From contig JABFRW010000033.1 of the NCBI GenBank assembly GCA_013140805.1, positions 245 to 64,244 of the forward strand: DNA of 64,000 bases, given 5' to 3'. The position numbers and the translations under genes were made by a program. Positions within the stretch are counted from its first letter, which is position 1, and every line of letters begins with the position of its first letter. The DNA is from Candidatus Eiseniibacteriota bacterium. GTDB lineage: Bacteria; Eisenbacteria; RBG-16-71-46. Positions 41,018-50,551 of the stretch are shown here, piece by piece. The notes below the pieces were generated by a model. It saw nothing but the letters and a program-made list of their open reading frames with translations, had not been told where the DNA came from and did not search any database.

Positions 41018-43477
41018 ATGCATTCGCGATATGACGTTTCCATTCGAAGCGCGCTTCTCACCGTACTGGCGTTCGCGCTCGCCGCCGGCCCCGCACAGGC
41101 GGCGTGGCTCCCCGACGCCTACGTGGGCGGCTTTGGGTTGTCCACCACGACGGCGACCCACGCCAATCCGACCGCCATCGCGGACGGCGCCGGCGGCGTC
41201 ATCGTGGTGTGGCAGGACCAGCGCAATGGCGTCGATTACGACATCTACGCGCAGCGCATCAACGCGCGGGGTGACGCGCTGTGGACGGCGAACGGCGTCG
41301 CGGTGTGCAGCGCGACCAATGCCCAGATCCTTCCGGTCGTCACCTCCGACGGTGCCGGTGGCGCCATCATCGCGTGGCAGGACTTTCGCAATGGCAGCCA
41401 CTACGACGTGTTCGCTCAGCGCGTGAACGCGAACGGCACGACCGCGTGGACCGCCAGCGGCATCAACGTGTGCAACGCCGCCGGGATTCAGGAAGCGCTC
41501 GCCATCATCAGCGACGACGCGGGTGGCGCGATTCTGACCTGGCAGGACCTTCGATCGGGCGGGACCAACGACATCTACGCGCTTCGCGTGGGGCCGACCG
41601 GCACCTCGCTGTGGACCGCGAATGGACGAGCGGTGAGTGTGGCGGGTGGGTCGCAGCTGGCGCCGAGGCTGGCGTCCGACGGCGCCAATGGCGCGATCAT
41701 CAGCTGGCACGACCTGCGCGGCGCCAACTACGACATCTACGCGCAGCGCGTTCCCGCCAGCGGCATCCCGCAGTGGACGGCCGATGGCGTGTCGGTGTGC
41801 AACGCCGCGGGCAATCAGACGTCTTCGATGATCGTCTCCGACTATGTCGGCGGCGCGGTCATCACCTGGGATGACGCGCGCTCCGGCACCTCGGACATCT
41901 ATGCGCAGCGCGTGGGTCCGAACGGGACGACGCTGTGGGTCGCCAACGGCTCGGCGGTCTGCACCGCGACCAATGCGCAGGTCACGCCTTCGATCGCCAC
42001 CGACGGCTCGGGCGGTGCGATCATCGCGTGGACCGACTGGCGCGCGGTGGCCACCAACTCGCAGGACATCTATGCCCAGCGAGTGAACGCGGCAGGATTC
42101 ACGGCATGGACTTCCAACGGCGTGCCGCTCCACACCACCACGACCGGGGCCCAGATCGCCCCGGTGTGCGTGAGCTCGGACGGCCTCGGCGGTGCGATCA
42201 TCTCGTGGGCCGACTCCCGCAGCATGCTCAACTACGACGCCTACGCCCAGCGCGTGGGGCCCAACGGCACCCGCTACTGGAATGACGAAGCGCTGGTGAC
42301 CGGCGCGGTGCTCGATCAGTACGTCATCGCACTCGTGAGCGACGGCGCGCAGGGCGCCTACGCCGTGAGCATCGACAATCGCAATGGCGTGTTCAAGACC
42401 TACGCGCAGAAGCTCAATGCCAGCAGTTCGCTGGGTGACTGCACGCCGCGCATCGTGTCGGTGCGCGACGTTCCGAATGATCAGGGCAGCTTCGTCAACC
42501 TGCGTTTCGATCGCAGCCGGCTGGACCTCCAGATCGACGATAATTTCCAGGTCGATTACACGATCTGGCGCCAGGTCCCGAACGCCGCGGCACTCGCAGC
42601 GCTCAAGGGCGGTGCTCGGCTGCTGGCGGCCGGCGAGCGTGCGGAACGGGGCGGCGCCGATCGCGGGCTGCTGCGAAAGACGGTGGAGATGAACGGCGTC
42701 ACCTATTACTGGGAGCAGTGGGACTGGGTGGATGGTCGCGGCATTCCGAGCTACGGAGCCGTGCTCGAGACCACTTCGGACTCGCTGCCGAGCTCGAATC
42801 CGCGCACGCTGTACATGGTCGAGGCGCAGTCGTACGAGGACGGCGACTACTGGTACTACCAGTCAGCTCCCGACAGCGGCTACTCGGTCGACAATCTGCC
42901 GCCGGGTGCTCCGGGCTCGTTCGCGGCTCAGTACGCCGCGGGCACCACGCAGCTGCACTGGGCGCCGGTCGTGGCACCCGACTTCGCGGGCTACCGGCTC
43001 TATCGCGGCGGCACGCTGACGTTCACTCCCGGCCCCGGCAATCTGGTCCAGGCGGTGTCGGACACCGGCTACACCGACGCTGCGGGCGGGCCGTACGTCT
43101 ACAAGCTCACCGCGGTCGATCTGCACGGCAACGAATCGCCGATCGCGACCGTTGCGCCGACCGGCATCGTCGACGCGCCGCCTGCGGGTCCGGCGGTGTT
43201 CTTCCTGGGCGCGCCGGTTCCGAATCCAGCGCGCGCGAACCTCGGGGTGACGCTGCGCTTCGGGCTTGCCCGGCCGGGCGAGGCGCGAGTGCGCGTGTTC
43301 GATGCACAGGGTCGACTGGTGCGGACACTCGAGAGCGGGCCCCATGCCGCGGGCGAGCATGTGGCGCGCTGGGATGGACGAAACGATCACCACGTACCGC
43401 TCGCTGCGGGGCTCTACTTCGTGAGGCTCGAGGCCGAATCGCGAGTCGCGACCACGCGCGTGACGCTGCTGTGGTGA
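41018..43477 (+). CDS. Secreted repeat protein (paralog of 158-2194 / 2827-5241): 8 x ~50-aa repeats, DVPNDQG module, FN3-like module, C-terminal sorting domain
   Basis: Signal peptide MHSRYDVSIRSALLTVLAFALAAGPAQA. Repeat consensus DGAGGAIIAWQD.R.G..DIYAQRV...G...WT.NGV.VC. C-terminus ...AGLYFVRLEAES.... Confidence 0.8.
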   Translation: MHSRYDVSIRSALLTVLAFALAAGPAQAAWLPDAYVGGFGLSTTTATHANPTAIADGAGGVIVVWQDQRNGVDYDIYAQRINARGDALWTANGVAVCSATNAQILPVVTSDGAGGAIIAWQDFRNGSHYDVFAQRVNANGTTAWTASGINVCNAAGIQEALAIISDDAGGAILTWQDLRSGGTNDIYALRVGPTGTSLWTANGRAVSVAGGSQLAPRLASDGANGAIISWHDLRGANYDIYAQRVPASGIPQWTADGVSVCNAAGNQTSSMIVSDYVGGAVITWDDARSGTSDIYAQRVGPNGTTLWVANGSAVCTATNAQVTPSIATDGSGGAIIAWTDWRAVATNSQDIYAQRVNAAGFTAWTSNGVPLHTTTTGAQIAPVCVSSDGLGGAIISWADSRSMLNYDAYAQRVGPNGTRYWNDEALVTGAVLDQYVIALVSDGAQGAYAVSIDNRNGVFKTYAQKLNASSSLGDCTPRIVSVRDVPNDQGSFVNLRFDRSRLDLQIDDNFQVDYTIWRQVPNAAALAALKGGARLLAAGERAERGGADRGLLRKTVEMNGVTYYWEQWDWVDGRGIPSYGAVLETTSDSLPSSNPRTLYMVEAQSYEDGDYWYYQSAPDSGYSVDNLPPGAPGSFAAQYAAGTTQLHWAPVVAPDFAGYRLYRGGTLTFTPGPGNLVQAVSDTGYTDAAGGPYVYKLTAVDLHGNESPIATVAPTGIVDAPPAGPAVFFLGAPVPNPARANLGVTLRFGLARPGEARVRVFDAQGRLVRTLESGPHAAGEHVARWDGRNDHHVPLAAGLYFVRLEAESRVATTRVTLLW

Positions 43478-43571
43478 ACGCCGCCCGGTAGCTCGAGGAT
43501 TTCGAGCGCAACGCCCCGTCGACCGAGTCGGCGGGGCACTTGCGCATCTCGCGAGCGAGTCGGTTGCGACG

Positions 43572-44294
43572 TCAGGGCGCGATCAGGACCCGGGCGCGCG
43601 AGGTCCCGAGCGTGTCGCCGGAGCGGACCGCGGCCACCTGCACCACGATCGTCTCGCCTGCAGGAAGCGTGAACGGCAGATTGGCGAGTGCCGAGTGGAA
43701 CGAAGTCGTCGACAGTGGGCCGAGCGTTCCGATCTCCTGCAGCTCGGGGGTGAAGATCCGCACCACGTAGCCTTCGGCATCAGAGACGCCGGCCCACTCG
43801 AGGTCGAGCCCGCCGACTCCCAGTTCGGCACGACCGAGCGCGAATTCGGCGATCGCGCGCTCGCCGCGCAGCACCGGCTCGCCGCCACGGGGTGCCGGTG
43901 TCATGGCGAGGCGAGGCCACACCGCGACCCCGCCGAGCACGAGTGCGAGAACCGCGAACGCGAGCGCCGGCCGCAGCGAGGGATGCAGCAGCCGCTCGAG
44001 CCACGAGAGTCCGGTCGCGTTCGCGCTTCGTTTTCCGGAGGTCGCGTCGGCGATCGGACGCGCGGAGGAGCCCGCAATCCCGGTCATCGAAGCGACGACC
44101 TCGTCGAGTCGGGCGGCGGCACGCGCGACGTGATCGGACTGCAGCTCGGAGCCCGGCGAGAGGAACAACCGGTAGCTCTCGAGAAGCGAGGAGCAGCGTG
44201 GACAGTCTCGCGCATGCCGGCGGCGCGGGTCCGACTCCGAAAGGGCGAAGACCTCGGCCAGCGCCTCGGGCTCGAAGCAGTCCTTCGACTTCAT
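43572..44294 (-). CDS. Anti-sigma factor, ZAS-type zinc finger, single TM, periplasmic C-domain
   Basis: AGGGAGGG RBS. The H-x3-C-x2-C motif RHARDCPRC and the TM helix LRPALAFAVLALVLGGVAVW are present. ATGA overlap with the upstream ECF sigma gene. Confidence 0.65.
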   Translation of the reverse strand: MKSKDCFEPEALAEVFALSESDPRRRHARDCPRCSSLLESYRLFLSPGSELQSDHVARAAARLDEVVASMTGIAGSSARPIADATSGKRSANATGLSWLERLLHPSLRPALAFAVLALVLGGVAVWPRLAMTPAPRGGEPVLRGERAIAEFALGRAELGVGGLDLEWAGVSDAEGYVVRIFTPELQEIGTLGPLSTTSFHSALANLPFTLPAGETIVVQVAAVRSGDTLGTSRARVLIAP

Positions 44295-44881
44295 GACACC
44301 GCCCTCCCTGATTCCTCGAGCGCCGCCCGCAATCGCCGCCGCGCCCGCTGCAACAGGGCTCGCGCGCCGGTGGCGTTCTCGAGCCCCATCACCTTCGTGA
44401 TCGATTCGACCGAGAGCCGCTCGATGCATCGCAACCACAGCGCGCGCCGCTCGGCCTCGTCGAGCTTGTCCATCATGAGCTGCCGCAACCGTTCTTCGTC
44501 CTCGGCTCGCTCGTAGGCTGCATCGGGCGCTGCCGCCGGATGCTCGGCGGCGTCGGGGTCGGCGTCCTCATCCACGAGCAACGCCGGTGCCGAGACCGCC
44601 TTGAGACAACAATTCCGCGCAATCACGAACAGCCATGACGAGAACCGCGACCGACCCTCGAACGACGACATCGCGCGATACGCGCGCAGCAGCACGTCCT
44701 GCGTCAGATCCATGGCGCGGTCCGGATCCCGTACGTAGCGGAAACACCACAAGTAGACCTGGCGATGGTAGCGACGCAACAACTCGGAAGCCGCCTCACG
44801 GCTGCCGACACTGTCCGGATCGCGAGCCGCGATCCGCAGCAGTGTTTCGTCATCTCGCTCGCGGGTCGCAGAACCCGTCAT
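44291..44881 (-). CDS. ECF (sigma-70 family group 4) RNA polymerase sigma factor
   Basis: Region 2 (...RYHRQVYLWCFRYVRDPDRAMDLTQDVLLRAYRAMSSF...) and region 4 (...SVESITKVMGLENATGARALLQRARRRLR...) are both present. Confidence 0.8.
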   Translation of the reverse strand: MTGSATRERDDETLLRIAARDPDSVGSREAASELLRRYHRQVYLWCFRYVRDPDRAMDLTQDVLLRAYRAMSSFEGRSRFSSWLFVIARNCCLKAVSAPALLVDEDADPDAAEHPAAAPDAAYERAEDEERLRQLMMDKLDEAERRALWLRCIERLSVESITKVMGLENATGARALLQRARRRLRAALEESGRAVS

Positions 44882-44909
44882 GCAGTGAGAGCCCCCGTGG
44901 GGCCGGAAA

Positions 44910-47714
44910 TCACACCGGGATCCCGGAAAGGCGCCGGCGGTCCCTCGAGGTCCAGGCGAGGAGCAGCGAGAGGAGCGCCGACACCCCGCCAGCATAAGCC
45001 GCAACCCGGTTCGGCAGAAGGGGATGCATTCGGACCGGAACCCCGAGTGCCGCGTCGCCCAGCAGCACGAATCCGGACCAGTAGAACGGGTGGACGGTGC
45101 GCGGATCGGCCCGCACCGAGCGCTGCGCCCGGGCGAGCGCCCGACCGGCATCGTCGCCCAGCGTCAGCCGTTCGTAAAAGCGCCGCACGATGCGGGAGGT
45201 GGCCTGATCGTCGACTGGCCACAGGCTCGCGACCACCGCCGGCGAGCCGGCCGCCAGGAACGCACTCGCGAGGCCTGCGACACCTTCCCCGGAGCGCACT
45301 CGATTGCCGACCGAGGCGCAGCTCGCGAGCACCACGAGATCGGCATCGAGCGAGAGCTTCGCGATCTCACCGGCGGTCAGCATCTCGCCGTCGGCTCCGC
45401 GCAGTCCCGGCAGCCGCGTTTGCCAGGGGCGCAGATCGTCCGGCTGCGTGTGACCCGCGAAGTGAACGATCGCGGTACCCGCCAGATCGGCGACCACCCC
45501 GCCTCGTCCGAGTACGCGTGCCTGATTGAGGTGGGCGCCGATCCACGCCAGCTCGGAGCGCGCGCCCGCGAGCCGAAGTGAAGAGTCGCGAGCGCCGAGT
45601 GCCACCACGCCGCGTTGCCGCACCTGCGTGCGACCGCGCGCGATGCGCCGCAGATCGGCGAGCAGCGAGGCGGCCGGCAGGACGCTCACTTCGCGCTGGG
45701 CGAGCAGCGGCTCCGGGCCGGTCCCGAGATCGACCATCAAGGCTCCGACCGGAACCAGATGCAGCGCATCGTCCCCGATCACGAATACCCGCGACTGGGT
45801 CGCGAGCAGATCGCGCACCGGATCGAGCAGCCGGGCGCCGAGTGTCGCGAGCACCCGACGGGTCGCGAGGGAATCGAGTCGCACCTCGCCCGCAGGCTGT
45901 GAAATGACGTCGCGCGCCAGTGCGAGCTGACGCCACAGCCCGCGCGGCGGCAACGTGACCAGCCGGCAGGAGTCTCGCGTCACCGCGAACAGCCACGCAT
46001 GATCCGCGGCGATGAAGAAGTCCAGCAGCAGCTCACCGGGCGCCAGGGTTTCGAGCTGCAGCGTCGCGAGCTTGACCGGCTGGAGCCCCGCGCGGTCCGC
46101 GCGGCGGCTCGGACGCGGGCCGAAGGTGCGTTCGATCAGCGTGCGGGCCTTGAATCGCTGCAGGCGGTCGAAGGCGAGCTCCGTCCGACGGGCCGCGCTG
46201 CCTGACTCGCCCACGATGGTCAGCGCGAGCCACTCGCTCGCCAGCGTGCGCGATTCGATCGCCAGGGTCTCCCGCCACTCGGCGGCCGAACTGCGGCTGC
46301 GCCCCGACTCCCACGACGTGACCGCGGAATCGAGCAACGCCAGTGCCGCCACCGTGTGGCCGCGATCGCGTTCGACGCGGGCCAGCATCGTGAGGGCATT
46401 CGCGATGACGAAGCCCTCGGCGATCGTGCGGCCCCCGGTGAGTGCCCGTTCGGACCAGCGTCGACACGCGGCTGCGTGACCGAGACGGTACTCGGCCTCG
46501 GCGAGCACCAGATGCTGCCACGCGAGAAACGCGATCCCGATCTTGCCTTCGAACGAGTTGAGATGGCGTGCGATCAGTGCACGCGCGCTGTCGGGCTGGT
46601 TCATGGCGAGGAACGTCATCCCCAGTCGCGTGACCGCGATCGCGCGCACGTCGATCTGCGCCGACGGCTCGTCCATCGCGGCGCTGAATGCGGTCGCGGC
46701 CTCGCGCAGTCGCCCCTGCTCGGCTCGCACCCGGCCGATCTGGCTCAGCACCATCGGAATCTGCGGCCGAAGCCCGTTGTCGCGGCATGCGGTCAGCAAC
46801 GTGTCGAGCAGCGCGAGCGCTTCGTTCGATCGGCCCAGCGTGGCGAGCGAAGAGGCGAGATCGGCACCCGGGTACGCCGCCTGCGAGAACAGTCCGAGCC
46901 GTCGATAGGTTTCGTACGAGGCACGCTGGTATTCAGCGGCGAGCGACAGATCGCCGCCGGTGGTCTCGATCATCGCAAGGTTGCCGAGCGCGTGGGCGAT
47001 ATAGGCCGACTGCACATGGATGCGGCTCAGCTCGAGCGCGCGCAGGTTCGAGCTCCGCGCGGCTCGATAGTTGCCGAGGCCGAATTCGGAACGTCCGAGT
47101 CCGAGGCGCGCGAGGATCTCGCCATTCGGCTCATCGAGCGCCGCCAGCGAATCGGCGGCGCGCGCATATTCGTCGCGGGCCCGCCGGAAGTCGCCGTCGA
47201 TCACCGCGTACCAGCCGAACGAAATGTGTGCGCGTGCGTCGTGGACTCGATCGCCGATGCTGCGGGCCAGACGCTGCATGCGCTCGGCCACCGGACGGGC
47301 CTGGCTGATGCGACCCTGCTGCTGGAGCGCGAAATCTTTCCAGCGCAGCGCATTCACCAGCGTGAGCGTGTCGCGAAGTCGTTCCGCGAGCTGCACCGCT
47401 TCGTCGATGGCGGCGGCTCCGAGCGTCACGTCACCGCGGCGAATGCGAAGCTGGCCCTCGCGCCGCAGCAACCACAGCACGGCGATCGAGTCGCGCCCCG
47501 CGCGGGCGCTGCGCAGGTGGGGGGCGAGCAGCGTCAGCACCTGCTCATGAGCGCCGGCTTCGTAAAGCGAGTCGGTATGGCGTGCGACTGATTCGAGCCC
47601 ACGCCCGGCAGGGGCAGGCCTCGCGTCCGCGGCCGCATGGGCGCCGGTCGGCATGGCTCCGGCGACCAGCAGCGCGATGGCGAGAGAGAGCGGGAGGGCC
47701 ACGCGAGCAGTCAC
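44910..47714 (-). CDS. Secreted TPR-repeat protein with C-terminal CHAT (caspase-like) peptidase domain and C-terminal hydrophobic anchor
   Basis: Signal peptide MTARVALPLSLAIALLVAGAMPTGAHA. Multiple TPR-like helical repeats. The CHAT dyad context is IVHFAGHT ... LVVLASCAS. Terminal hydrophobic stretch AAYAGGVSALLSLLLAW. Confidence 0.8.
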   Translation of the reverse strand: MTARVALPLSLAIALLVAGAMPTGAHAAADARPAPAGRGLESVARHTDSLYEAGAHEQVLTLLAPHLRSARAGRDSIAVLWLLRREGQLRIRRGDVTLGAAAIDEAVQLAERLRDTLTLVNALRWKDFALQQQGRISQARPVAERMQRLARSIGDRVHDARAHISFGWYAVIDGDFRRARDEYARAADSLAALDEPNGEILARLGLGRSEFGLGNYRAARSSNLRALELSRIHVQSAYIAHALGNLAMIETTGGDLSLAAEYQRASYETYRRLGLFSQAAYPGADLASSLATLGRSNEALALLDTLLTACRDNGLRPQIPMVLSQIGRVRAEQGRLREAATAFSAAMDEPSAQIDVRAIAVTRLGMTFLAMNQPDSARALIARHLNSFEGKIGIAFLAWQHLVLAEAEYRLGHAAACRRWSERALTGGRTIAEGFVIANALTMLARVERDRGHTVAALALLDSAVTSWESGRSRSSAAEWRETLAIESRTLASEWLALTIVGESGSAARRTELAFDRLQRFKARTLIERTFGPRPSRRADRAGLQPVKLATLQLETLAPGELLLDFFIAADHAWLFAVTRDSCRLVTLPPRGLWRQLALARDVISQPAGEVRLDSLATRRVLATLGARLLDPVRDLLATQSRVFVIGDDALHLVPVGALMVDLGTGPEPLLAQREVSVLPAASLLADLRRIARGRTQVRQRGVVALGARDSSLRLAGARSELAWIGAHLNQARVLGRGGVVADLAGTAIVHFAGHTQPDDLRPWQTRLPGLRGADGEMLTAGEIAKLSLDADLVVLASCASVGNRVRSGEGVAGLASAFLAAGSPAVVASLWPVDDQATSRIVRRFYERLTLGDDAGRALARAQRSVRADPRTVHPFYWSGFVLLGDAALGVPVRMHPLLPNRVAAYAGGVSALLSLLLAWTSRDRRRLSGIPV

Positions 47715-47790
47715 CCCACAATGCTACGGACCGCGCTGCTCGCGGCCAAGCGCCTTCCCGATCAAATCCGGTCCCGGATTCGCTCCGTAG

Positions 47791-48617
47791 CCCCGACGTG
47801 GTGGCTCCCGGGGTGCCCCGGCCCAGGAGCAGATCTGGGTCCTGACCTCGAGCAACAACCTCATCAACTTCATGAGCAGCAGCCCGGCCACGTTTTCGTC
47901 GCGCCCGATCACCGGCATGGCAGCCGGCGAGGTCGCACTGGCGATCGACTTCCGGGCGGCGGCGCCGCTGAGCCGTCTCTACGCCATCACCAACTTCGGG
48001 CAGCTGTACCTGATCAGCAATCCGAGCACCGGAGCTGCGGTCGCGGTCGGCCCGGGCGGCATCGCGATCAACGGCACCGAGGTCGGTCTCGACTTCAATC
48101 CGACCGTCGATCGCATCCGCCTGATCACCGACAACGAGCAGAACCTGCGCCTGCACCCGGATCTCGGAACCGTCGTGGCGACGGATCTGAGTCTCGCCTT
48201 CGCCGGCTCCGACGTGAACGCGGGCTCGAATCCGCAGGCCACCGGCGCCGCCTACACCAACAGCTTCGCGGGTGCGACCACGACGACGCTCTACGACGTG
48301 GACGCCAGCCTCGATGTGCTGGTCACGCAGCTGCCGCCGAACAACGGCACGCTCAACACCGTGGGCTCGCTGGGCGCGAACGTTGACACCCTGAACGGCT
48401 TCGACATCTCGGGCGCCACGACCACCGCCTACGCGGCCTTCCACGTGCCGGTGACCTGAACAGCGGCTTCTACACCCTCAATCTGGCGACCGGCGCGGCG
48501 ACGTTCATCGGCTGGATCGCCTGCAACGAGCCGCTGCGCGGCCTGAGCGTCGACAACAACAATCCGACGCCGACGCAGAACTCGACGTGGGGGCAGCTCA
48601 AGTCGCTCTACCGGTAG
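47791..48617 (+). pseudogene. DUF4394-family secreted protein gene with a -1 frameshift near 48455 and no intact signal-peptide start
   Basis: Frame 1 encodes ...RPITGMAAGEVALAIDFRAA...LYLISNPSTGAAVAVG...FNPTVDRIRLITDNEQNLRLHPDLG...TTTTLYDVD.... The family-typical tail (LNSGFYTLNLATGAATFIGWIACNEPLRGLSVD...) continues in another frame after ccggtgacctga. A 1-nt insertion (ccgggtgacctg) would restore a single frame. Confidence 0.55.
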
Positions 48618-48637
48618 AGCGGAGCGGAACGAAGCAC

Positions 48638-48670
48638 GAACGCCGCGCGGCGCGAGCCACGCGGCGTTTC
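48638..48670. terminator. GC-rich hairpin between convergent genes (DUF4394 gene and OPT transporter); candidate bidirectional terminator
   Basis: GAACGCCGCG (48638-48647) pairs with CGCGGCGTTTC (48660-48670) with one bulge and a 12-nt loop. A T-rich tract ttcgttcg follows. Confidence 0.3.
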
Positions 48671-48695
48671 GTTCGTCACGGCGAGAGTCGGGAAC

Positions 48696-50414
48696 TCAGC
48701 CCCTCGTCATCGCGATGATCGCGAACACCAGCACCAGCAACGCCTCGCCGGCGATGAAGCCCGAGGACAGCGGCAGGTTGAACGCGTCCTCGCTGCTGGG
48801 ATGCGACTTCTTCCACGCCCACTGTGCGATTCCGCCGAGCACCATGGGCATCACCGCGAGGCCCGGCACCAGCATGCCGATGCCGACGCCGGTCGGCGAC
48901 GGCAGGAAGCGGCGATGCTTCGGCTCGAAGACCGTGATGATCGCACCGACGACGACGGCAACGAGCAGCGCCTGGAAGCAGCCGGCCGGAAGCGCCGAGA
49001 AGCCCTGATTGAGCAGCTCGGCGAAGCCCGCCCACTTGACGCTGATCGGAGACGACAGGCCCTCGCCGCCGACGCCGTACTTGGCCTTGAGCGCCGGGTA
49101 GACCAGCGAGACCGCGATCGCTCCGACCGGCACCGCGAGGAGCTGCATGATCGTGAGATTGCGGTTCGATGAGCCGACGATCTTGCCGGCTTTGTAGTCC
49201 TGCATCAGGTGCTCGCCGTTGGCGGCGATGGTGCCGGACATCCCGGAGCCGATCATGTTGATGGCCATGTTGCCGGGCGCGAGTACGGCGAATACCGCCT
49301 GCATGAGGTTCGCCATCGCGCTGATCGGGGCCCAGTTGGTTTCGCCGAGTACGCGCGTACCCACCAGCATCAGGATCATCGAGAGCACCAGCGAGACCAG
49401 CGACAGCCACAGCGGGAAGCCGAGGCTGATCCATTGCACGAGGAACAGCGCGAGGCTCGCCACGATGACGCCCGTCACCACCCACTTGAGCGGAAAGTCG
49501 GTGCTCCCGACCTGGGCGGTGCGCAGGTTCACGAACGTTTTCGCGACCAGCTTCCACTTGAGCAGCAGTGCCGTGATCCCGCCGGCGACGAGCAATCCGG
49601 TCGCCGGCCACATCACCCAGCGCAGCACCAGCGGAAAGGTCTGCTCGGCCACGATGCCGCGGGAGACCAGCATCGGCGGGGCGATCACCCACGACAACAG
49701 CATGCCGAGTCCCATCGAGAGCGCGATGCGCGGTCCCACCAGCATGCCGGAGCCGAAGCTCAGGAGACTCACTTCGGAGCCCATGCGTAGCGCCTCGCCG
49801 CTGGGACCGAAGCTGATGTGGTCCGGCAGCTTTTTGACGCCGTCTCTCAGCCACGCGGCCAGTGCGGAGAGCCCGATGCCGATGCCGAGTGCGGTGACGC
49901 GTGGACCCGCTTCCTTCGGGCCCTGATCCAGCACCAGCAGCGTCTCGCCGGCCGCGGTGCCGTCGGCGAAGGTGAGGTTTTCCTCGTCGATGAAGTGCCG
50001 GCGCAGCGGCACGGCGAGCAGCACGCCGACGATTCCGGCGAGGCTCAGCCACAGGAAGGTCTGCAGCACGGTCAGATGGAGCGAGAAGCCCAGCTCGGGC
50101 TTCTGATTCAGCATGTCGATGGCGGCCAGCACCACGCACATGAATCCCGCCTGCCCGGCGGTGGTGCCCGCGGTCTGCACCATGTTGTTCTCCCACCGCG
50201 TTCCGCGCCCGCCGACGACCAGACCGATCACCGACAGCGCGATGTAGCCGAAGAACGCGCTCACCACCGAGATGTTCGGGCCATAGCCGAGCTTGAGCAC
50301 GACGTAGGGATACGAGCCGGCAATCAGGGCCGCGACCACCAGGGCCACGGTGATCGAGCGAAAGGTGAGTTCGCGATGCGGCGCGCCAGTGGCGTCGTCG
50401 GCGTGGGCGTCCAT
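48696..50414 (-). CDS. OPT family oligopeptide transporter
   Basis: 572-aa polytopic membrane protein with OPT-like sequence throughout. GGAGG RBS before ATG 50414. The upstream extension in the track is unsupported. Confidence 0.8.
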   Translation of the reverse strand: MDAHADDATGAPHRELTFRSITVALVVAALIAGSYPYVVLKLGYGPNISVVSAFFGYIALSVIGLVVGGRGTRWENNMVQTAGTTAGQAGFMCVVLAAIDMLNQKPELGFSLHLTVLQTFLWLSLAGIVGVLLAVPLRRHFIDEENLTFADGTAAGETLLVLDQGPKEAGPRVTALGIGIGLSALAAWLRDGVKKLPDHISFGPSGEALRMGSEVSLLSFGSGMLVGPRIALSMGLGMLLSWVIAPPMLVSRGIVAEQTFPLVLRWVMWPATGLLVAGGITALLLKWKLVAKTFVNLRTAQVGSTDFPLKWVVTGVIVASLALFLVQWISLGFPLWLSLVSLVLSMILMLVGTRVLGETNWAPISAMANLMQAVFAVLAPGNMAINMIGSGMSGTIAANGEHLMQDYKAGKIVGSSNRNLTIMQLLAVPVGAIAVSLVYPALKAKYGVGGEGLSSPISVKWAGFAELLNQGFSALPAGCFQALLVAVVVGAIITVFEPKHRRFLPSPTGVGIGMLVPGLAVMPMVLGGIAQWAWKKSHPSSEDAFNLPLSSGFIAGEALLVLVFAIIAMTRG

Positions 50415-50551
50415 TCGGCCTCCGAGGGTGGGAACGTAGAGGCCGGAGACCTTAGCGCAGGCTCCGCTCGTCGTCATTCGGGAATCGAGCGCCCCTCGCG
50501 CGTCATTCCGTGCTTGACGGCTGCCCGCCGGCGCACGCAGTGTGACCCGCC

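Noticed and set aside
47715-47800. Candidate ECF-type promoter (GGAAG ... GTC) upstream of the CHAT gene
   Set aside because: The spacer length and -10 do not fit the ECF consensus convincingly, so it was not reported as a feature.
47637-48386. 249-aa plus-strand ORF beginning inside the CHAT gene's upstream region
   Set aside because: It is in a different frame from the DUF4394-like homology, with low-complexity Arg/Gly content. Only its first ~30 codons (ATG 47721) might relate to a lost signal-peptide exon of the DUF4394 gene.
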